From positions 3,990,001 through 4,022,000 of the forward strand of contig NC_010296.1 of assembly GCF_000010625.1 (NCBI RefSeq): a DNA stretch of 32,000 bases, given 5' to 3'. The notes below the pieces were generated by a model. The model saw only the letters and a program-made list of their open reading frames with translations, was not told the origin of the DNA and did no database searches. Origin of the DNA: Microcystis aeruginosa NIES-843. Its GTDB lineage: Bacteria; Cyanobacteriota; Cyanobacteriia; Cyanobacteriales; Microcystaceae. This document shows positions 28,101 to 32,000 of this stretch, piece after piece (positions within the stretch are counted from its first letter, which is position 1; each line of letters begins with the position of its first letter). The position numbers and the translations under genes were made by a program.

Positions 28101-28274
28101 TAAAATTGGGGTTAGACGTTCATAAACTAAATAACGAGTCGTAAAATAGCCAAGGGAGGTAATTCCTAGGAGAGTAATTCCCCCGACAATTAAAGTAGAA
28201 GGCCGGCGGACAAATCGACCGATACTCAGAAAAAGATTAGGACGAGGAGAAGGATCGCCAGGGGAGTTACTCAT
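22137..28274 (-). CDS. TamB/AsmA-like translocation and assembly module protein (DUF490-type C-terminus)
   Basis: 2045 aa. It has an N-terminal membrane anchor (LIVGGITLLGITSLGYF) and a very long beta-rich, Asn/Gln/Gly-rich repetitive body. The C-terminus ...VNSQSFIRFSYDYNLNEFTVRYQTQF is typical of TamB-family proteins. Confidence 0.8.
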   Translation of the reverse strand: MSNSPGDPSPRPNLFLSIGRFVRRPSTLIVGGITLLGITSLGYFTTRYLVYERLTPILDNIFSEMLHRPVRVGKIEGFYFNRIRIGKSEIPATANSADSLSIDAIELGLNPLPLLLGLPLPVDVKLINPSIYLDQDKNGQWLDNLDKISSNFDREAPIRLNLGFQVEKAAINIQPYALKKPIEIKADGQGRFIDNQKQNLTYDFSAEILKSQVKIQGETALKTGESLTNLQIDRLNLSELLTLIPNRNFQLNQGQVNANIALNIPSWAKLNQSQGNGNFQVTEVAGKFQPFQYPIKLTTKLNLQGDKVLVEQATATIGKIKTEVRGEVNWQTGYHLKVALESVDLQQLLRIIYLQSPLDLRGEARSTFQVTGKLDQPLIKGTVSNSKPIIFEQIPIQSITSNFQTNLNRLNLDKIQIKPVAGGEIKGEGKLQLNILQSLQKNQPLDGTKMPINLNLQANFPTRKILSQLATIPAKININDLQANIKARGSLGLPQLLINWQIPRVNQSGLINVAGEGKVFLGGNKINLTDTVIKTNGGKLQVNGNGDFTSKLVQAKITGNNFLLTPFVPIVCQYLDSICPYLKTLEPLNLETANIQISGKIDQINVNTLNGITNLRISGKQGTISVNSQVLQGNLQAKAVLAGLPINSLLPNLPTQVELLRSQINLQGYLGELLNNKNNIFSSWQGQGNMELLVDNNPLIATARLNRGFLTGTVNTGGISLNPLVENLTVPVSLGRAKISFAGRINALISGTLTDLQTWRGEGDIQLFVNNQSLRTTTQLEQGILSGIVNTAGINLNPFLPNINIPVSLGKTQVNFTGAIKELLAGKIPNLSTVNARVNTRLLVDNNPINTDIQLNNGIFNILGSLENFQTNIPIPLHISQTRFQAAGNAQTIFDSLQEKRLNLSSIKAVFNSRINLAKGEIKAKAQLNNNFWQSDIIAANLDPAAVLRQLPAIKSISIPKLDFSANLAGNIKEIWQGVTPIQVNNLSAQWGENSFDVRGNILLANLISQPDIAEVNLNLQAKTDLATVPLTQIISLLPIDPRLKPRESTLTGSGEFQGQITGKNLLTAWQKVGNIQIKGDINLANFSINDRPFEPILKGSMQAGIGQNISLNLRGNQDIIDLTFDPCQQNNCLLPYLPLGINIRQAFGNKTPFLATAKRSGENLNVQIADFPLEILKISPTAAYNVPGIIAGQVNANLDINLFNLQGQGQLEINRPSLGNLIGEKLTANLVYRDSIVQLQEGSLQAGASQYNLQGLFNWQTQAIEAKLRVDQGYIQDLLSVASIYDLTSLINLFSSESNQAIQLSPLGVGDSEASLAQQVNLRAKIEEIIQQLARERGVVGIPSELDFRGRYQANIALTGTLKNPDLTVQFQGNRWEWRPQRPTVNIVNSLGIVTTDTQLIPIDEVTINLNLNRQLLRIEPIRLKSRDSSVFLAGDFSLNKVEGTFAVENLSLDLLRNFVQFPLDVSGSLKTQGQIAGTLLNPRIQGNFAFIDGAINAQNINQDIIGLFTYNQYRFDLRTTSSESIQIYASIPYPPLPGNDQLKIQAKLGTDAIKLIEAISQNTIEWVNGEGEVVLSATGRLDIKEGLKIKDLEANGIVTLDNAAIRSVAFPEILTVNGRIGLTPESLTVEELQGSIADRQISVVGVLPFFKAIKNNPNPLTVNIQEGDIAINGLYRGLIAGNAMVTGTIQQPIIGGNVRLSRGKVFLPRTAEINQETDKPVSRWLQPLNIPQTTNITPVLNNFQVSLAGLSIEQEPLYQFDFSGALTLNGPLTPLEKLQTNGVINLERGRVSYIDTRFLLNRRNQNVIVFDSSRGLGLFNPFVDIQLRTILSEFSQSRDFAISRPGGDFPSNEIPDDSLNRIQRIDVTLSVEGELNRLLPNLGRNINEVCQIRPDSPPFPLEENYTDTELQKAANCLQAVAFARGEDEGLLNTPLVKLTSTPPRSQGEIVRLLGEQLLSVFNGLQGKNTEQLIQFGVVQLAIPLLAQGVVYDVENAVSNAIRATDFNILPNLETVYRVNSQSFIRFSYDYNLNEFTVRYQTQF

Positions 28275-28732
28275 AATTGTTTACCTCACACACACCAAAG
28301 AAAGGGCAATGGCTCACCAGAGCTAATGAACTATGATAATTCACCGCGGCACTGATAGCCCTCAATCGATTAATTGCCATTTTTTAGGCAATTATTGGGC
28401 TTAAATCCTGTGAGGAAGTCAAGGGCTGCGGCCAATTAAAAGCCTCTCTCCCCATCTTAGCCTAAGACTCGAATGGCTGGCTAAAATTTTCAACAATTCG
28501 CCAAAATCTCCCCAGTTTCAACAGCTAACCGAATTAATATTGATCAACCCACCAGTTCCATCAGAATATTGCCAGGATAAATAGGTTCGGAAATTGAAGA
28601 TTGAGAGAAAACTTGTGCGGACAGACAACAATCCGGCGCAGTCTGGAACAACGACCGGAAGCATTCAGTCATAGAATATTGGGATTAGCACGTCTATTTT
28701 TACTGCAAAAATCGTCTTATAGATTAAAGATT

Positions 28733-29923
28733 ATGAAAGCCAGATTATCGATCGCCCTAACCGCCCTAATGACCTTGGGCATAACTGCCACACCAGCGGC
28801 CAACTTTGACGAACAGGACATCGAGCAGACCCAGGTAGTAGCGATCGCTCGTCCCTACGGAGGTAATAAATTTGACCTGCTAGTCTTGGAACAAATCCAG
28901 GGAAAACAGAAGTGTTGGAGCGAAAGCGGCTCAAATCCCGTCATGATCGACCCTCTACTCCTCAACTTTGACTTTACCGGCATTTGTCGCCGCGCCACCG
29001 ATAGTAATGGTTATTCTATCCGTCTGGATGGCCGGGATTTTGGGCTAGATTACATCCTGCGTATTGTGGAACGCAATGGCGAATTATACTTAGTGGGAAC
29101 CCCCCGGGATGCCCGCCGACCGGAATTAGTGGTGGGAAGAACCCGAGGAATGCAAACAGGATTTATGAAAATTATCCTCGAACCGGGTTGGAGATTTAGC
29201 CGTCGTACTTTCCAAGGCAAAAGTTTAGGCCACTTCTACTTTAGCGGCAAAGAAGCGGAAGTTCTCGCAGCCACCGGGAGACCGCCCATCAACGAAACCA
29301 CTCCTCCCCCCAGTTCTGGGGCTAGTTTTCAGGATATTAGCGGCGATATCTATAAAACTGAGATTGAAAAAGCGATCGCACTTGGGGTAGTGGCCGGTTT
29401 TAAAGAAGATAACACCTTCCGCCCCGAAAATCCCGTCACCAGGGAACAATTCGTCTCGATGATTATTGAAGGGATGGGAACTGTCACCAAAATTAACCTA
29501 GAAGATATTCCCCCCGGCAGCGGCAGTTTTAACGACGTAGAAGCGACGCGCTGGAGTGCCAAAAAAATCCAATGGGCCCGGGCCAATGGTATTGTTGCCG
29601 GCAAAGCTAACGGCGAATTCCGTCCCACCGACCCCATCACCCGGGCCGAATTGATGGCGATTCTCAAACAGGCCGCCACCTACCTGAAAACTCAGCAAAA
29701 ACAAGCCCCCGATTTAGCCCAAACTAAAACCCCCACCAATTTTTCCGATACTTCTGGTCATTGGGCCGCCAGTTTAATTACCCAGATGTCGGGATTTTGC
29801 GGTGTGGCCTCTCCCTTGAACGAGCAGGGTAGTGCTTTTGTACCAAATGATCCCGCCCGTCGTAACTACGCAGCAGCCGCCATCGTCCGTACCCTCGATT
29901 GTGTTAAAACCGCCAAAAAATAA
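28733..29923 (+). CDS. Secreted DUF3747-like N-terminal domain protein with three C-terminal SLH domains
   Basis: The start was set at MKARLSIALTALMTLGITATPAANF, a signal peptide (residue 45 of the track ORF). The conserved block is WSESGSNPVMIDPLLLNFDFTGICRRATDSNGYSIRLDG. Three SLH-like repeats begin FQDISGD, FNDVEATRW and FSDTSGHW. Confidence 0.78.
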   Translation: MKARLSIALTALMTLGITATPAANFDEQDIEQTQVVAIARPYGGNKFDLLVLEQIQGKQKCWSESGSNPVMIDPLLLNFDFTGICRRATDSNGYSIRLDGRDFGLDYILRIVERNGELYLVGTPRDARRPELVVGRTRGMQTGFMKIILEPGWRFSRRTFQGKSLGHFYFSGKEAEVLAATGRPPINETTPPPSSGASFQDISGDIYKTEIEKAIALGVVAGFKEDNTFRPENPVTREQFVSMIIEGMGTVTKINLEDIPPGSGSFNDVEATRWSAKKIQWARANGIVAGKANGEFRPTDPITRAELMAILKQAATYLKTQQKQAPDLAQTKTPTNFSDTSGHWAASLITQMSGFCGVASPLNEQGSAFVPNDPARRNYAAAAIVRTLDCVKTAKK

Positions 29924-29942
29924 CGGCCTCTCCTCCATCAGA

Positions 29943-30112
29943 GTTTGCGGCAAAAAGTTTTTCCTAGGGGTAGGATGTGGGGTGTGGGGTTTTATCCATT
30001 TTTAGGAAGTCAATTACCTAATTTTCAGGGAAAAAGTCCCCCCAATTTTCCCCCCGCTCACTCCCAGGCCCGGCACTGTTTGATCTCAAAAAGGCCTAAA
30101 GATATTATCCAA
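29943..30112 (+). repeat. Dispersed ~170-bp repeat, copy B (paralogue of 9513-9681)
   Basis: Same block order as copy A. The identical 29-nt core lies at 30009-30037. It starts 20 nt after the stop of the SLH gene. Confidence 0.8.
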
Positions 30113-30114
30113 TT

Positions 30115-30191
30115 ACCGATGACTGATGACTGATTACTGATCACTGATTACTGATTACTGATTACTGATTACTGATTACTGATTACTGATT
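30115..30191 (+). repeat. Heptamer tandem repeat ACTGATN, 11 units (7 exact ACTGATT)
   Basis: ACCGATG ACTGATG ACTGATT ACTGATC, then ACTGATT x7, read directly. Confidence 0.92.
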
Positions 30192-30287
30192 GTGGTTGTT
30201 AATTTTTACCTTAAATGTCGGTTTGAAGGAACCCTCGGTTTCACTGACGAGATGAAAAACCGACCAGCATAAAACAGCGAAGCACAG

Positions 30288-30644
30288 CTAATATTCATGG
30301 GAGTCTTGATTCTCGACATATTTCTTAAGTTGGTCTATTGTGACACCGCCACAACTAGCCACAAAATATACCCCTGTCCACAAAATTCTCTTATCTTGAC
30401 CATATATCTCTTTCAAGTGGTCTGAAAAGTTATCCCACATCAGCTGGCAAGAAGTTGATTTTAAGTTAGCGATTAGACTACTTAACAGCTTATGGGGTGG
30501 GTAAGTTAAAAGAATGTGAACATGGTCTGATTCTCCGTTAATCTCTATTACCTTCGCCTCCCATTTCTCAGCTATGTTTTGAAAAACTATTCTCAAAAAC
30601 TCTAAATGCTTTTTCTGGAATACTTTCCGATGATATTTTGTCAC
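30288..30644 (-). CDS. tnpA: IS200/IS605 Y1 (HUH) transposase TnpA; the conserved N-terminal strand lies upstream with no canonical start, so the gene is possibly defective
   Basis: HUH motif SDHVHILLTYPP and the catalytic-Tyr region GVYFVASCGGVTIDQLKKYVENQ. The frame stays open upstream (IKTNYFKTCRATFNLTVHIVLV-TKYHRKVF) up to 30707, where ATA sits in the position an ATG would be expected. Confidence 0.8.
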   Translation of the reverse strand: MTKYHRKVFQKKHLEFLRIVFQNIAEKWEAKVIEINGESDHVHILLTYPPHKLLSSLIANLKSTSCQLMWDNFSDHLKEIYGQDKRILWTGVYFVASCGGVTIDQLKKYVENQDSHEY

Positions 30645-30761
30645 AAGAACTATATGTACGGTGAGATTAAAAGTGGCTCTACAAGTCTTAAAATAATTAG
30701 TTTTTATGCTCTTGAAATTTTGTACTACGAATTGCTATAATCATGGTATAACACATTGAGA

Positions 30762-30852
30762 TGAACGTAGGTTGGGTTGAAGCATGAAACCCAACGCCTG
30801 CTCATGTTACGCTACCGCTAACCCATCCTACAAATAATTGTGCCTCCCTACT
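30762..30852. repeat. Partial (one-ended) copy of the 5631-5748 MITE in the tnpA-tnpB spacer, bracketed by a 13-bp direct repeat
   Basis: The reverse complement of 30762-30852 aligns almost base for base with 5631-5722 (AGTAGGGAGGCACAATTATTTGTAGGATGGGTTAGCGGTAGCGTAAC...GGCGTTGGGTTTCAT.CTTCAACCCAACCTACGTTCA). TAACACATTGAGA occurs at 30749-30761 and at 30853-30865. Confidence 0.75.
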
Positions 30853-30875
30853 TAACACATTGAGAGGTCGAATCG

Positions 30876-32000
30876 ATGCGAGTCATAGAGTTTAAGTTAA
30901 AAGTCAATCCTTCCCAAAAGATAGCCATTCAAGAGGCTATCAGGGTGGGACAGTTTATTCGGAACAAATGTCTAAGATTTTGGATGGACTCTACTAAAGA
31001 AGATCAGGTTAACTATGCTACTTTGTGTAGGCTAACTACCGAATTATCTAATATTCCTGAATTTTCTTTTGTTGGTAAACTCAACTCTATGGCTCGTCAA
31101 GCAAGTGCCGAAAGAGCTTGGTTTTCTATATCCCGTTTCTACGACAATTGTCAAAGGGGTTTGGCAAAAAAAGGCTATCCTAAATTCAAAAAATTTTCAA
31201 GGTCTGTCGAGTACAAAACTTCTGGTTGGAAACTAACAGAAGACAAAAAGTTTATCCACATCACGGATAAAACAGGGATAGGAAAATTAAACCTAATCGG
31301 TACTTTTAACCGTGAGATTCTCGATAAATCCACTATCAAAAGAATCAGGCTTATTAAACGAGCCGATGGCTTTTATTGTCAATTTGTCTTAGACATTGAG
31401 AGAGTAGAAACCTTTGACTCTACAGGAAAAGAAGTAGGGATTGATTTAGGTTTAAACCATTTCTTAACTGACTCTAATGGGGATAAAATTGATAACCCAC
31501 GGTTTCTTCGTAAGTCGGAAAAAAGACTAAAAAAGGCTCAACGTAAACTCTCAAAGAAGAAAAAGGGAAGCCAAAAAAGATTAAAACAGAAATCTAAAGT
31601 AGCTCGCCTTCATCTAAAAGTTTCTAGACAGCGTAAAGATTTTGCCGTTAAGACAGCAAAAGCGTTAATCCAATCTAACGATTTGGTAGTCTATGAGGAC
31701 TTGAAGGTATCTAATATGGTGAAAAATCCTAAGCTTGCTAAATCTATTCAAGATGCGAGTTGGTCAATGTTCACCGATTGGTTAGACTACTTTGGGAAAA
31801 TACACGGGAAGTTTGTGGTAGCGGTGAACCCACAATATACTAGCCAACAATGTTCTAGTTGTGGTAATATTGTCAAGAAAACATTATCTGTAAGAACTCA
31901 TGTTTGTTCTTGTGGGTGTGTCTTGGATAGAGACGAAAACGCCGCTATAAACATTCTCGCACGGGCAAATACTGTCGGGCGGACAGAAATTCAAGCCCTC
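30876..32000 (+). CDS. tnpB: IS605-type TnpB RNA-guided endonuclease (3' end beyond the window)
   Basis: I translated this manually because it is absent from the ORF track: ATG at 30876, open through 32000 (375 codons). MRVIEFKLKVNPSQKIAIQEAIRVGQFIRNKCLRFW...GIDLGLNHFLTDS...VVYEDLKVSNM...QYTSQQCSSCG...CSCGCVLDRDENAAINIL. The RuvC D/E/D motifs and the CxxC..CxC zinc finger are all present. Confidence 0.9.
   Translation, partial: MRVIEFKLKVNPSQKIAIQEAIRVGQFIRNKCLRFWMDSTKEDQVNYATLCRLTTELSNIPEFSFVGKLNSMARQASAERAWFSISRFYDNCQRGLAKKGYPKFKKFSRSVEYKTSGWKLTEDKKFIHITDKTGIGKLNLIGTFNREILDKSTIKRIRLIKRADGFYCQFVLDIERVETFDSTGKEVGIDLGLNHFLTDSNGDKIDNPRFLRKSEKRLKKAQRKLSKKKKGSQKRLKQKSKVARLHLKVSRQRKDFAVKTAKALIQSNDLVVYEDLKVSNMVKNPKLAKSIQDASWSMFTDWLDYFGKIHGKFVVAVNPQYTSQQCSSCGNIVKKTLSVRTHVCSCGCVLDRDENAAINILARANTVGRTEIQAL

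Larger units (their letters stand above)
30200..32000. mobile_element. IS200/IS605-family element (divergent tnpA and tnpB); left end approximate, right end beyond the window
   Basis: Y1/HUH tnpA (minus strand) and tnpB (plus strand) are arranged back to back. A subterminal hairpin GTCGGTTT...AAACCGAC (30217-30264) lies outside the tnpA 3' end. Confidence 0.8.

Noticed and set aside
28601-28732. TTG-initiated 44-aa N-terminal extension of the SLH protein
   Set aside because: The extension lacks signal-peptide or domain features. The internal ATG at 28733 is followed by a textbook signal peptide.
29945-30133. 62-aa ORF downstream of the SLH gene
   Set aside because: It lies entirely within dispersed repeat copy B and the heptamer array. 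The paralogous repeat copy A does not keep the frame.
17158-30191. Heptamer arrays considered as possible CRISPR-like arrays
   Set aside because: The units are 7 nt with no spacers, there are no cas genes in the window, and repeat-spacer periodicity is absent.
30233-30264. CUGACGAG...GAAA resembling a hammerhead ribozyme core near the IS200/IS605 left end
   Set aside because: There is no room for helix II between the CUGANGA and GAAA boxes, and no cleavage-site triplet context. The sequence is more simply the subterminal hairpin (GTCGGTTT/AAACCGAC) expected at IS200/IS605 ends.

Overview
Cyanobacterial chromosomal window. It is rich in HIP1 (GCGATCGC) and in 7-nt tandem repeats, and it carries DUF29, CpcS-type lyase and SLH genes. 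The repeat and IS content looks Microcystis-like, but that is inference only. Housekeeping genes: phoH, rplT, rpmI, an EF-hand transaldolase, a TPP riboswitch with thiC, a CpcS-family lyase, nadK, class Ia RNR nrdA/nrdB, a GNAT acetyltransferase, a 2045-aa TamB-like protein and a DUF3747/SLH protein. Mobile DNA is dense. It includes an IS607 element (intact tnpA, tnpB with one in-frame TGA) and a 5'-truncated TnpB relic carrying two TA-flanked MITEs. It also includes an IS30-family element inserted in a gene, and an IS200/IS605 element with a start-less tnpA and an apparently intact tnpB running off the window. The RNR locus is the most unusual region. nrdA ends in a strong intrinsic terminator and is followed by five tandem, mosaic DUF29 paralogues. 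nrdB itself is split by a roughly 0.8-kb group I intron that carries an HNH homing-endonuclease ORF. Next to it lies an 820-bp ORF-free, hairpin-rich region with a near-consensus outward promoter. That region precedes a DUF3854 (Toprim-like) plus P-loop gene resembling plasmid replication protein CyRepA1, which is disrupted by the IS30 element. Several dispersed and tandem repeat families, including G4-prone tracts, occupy the intergenic regions. No CRISPR array, tRNA or rRNA was seen.
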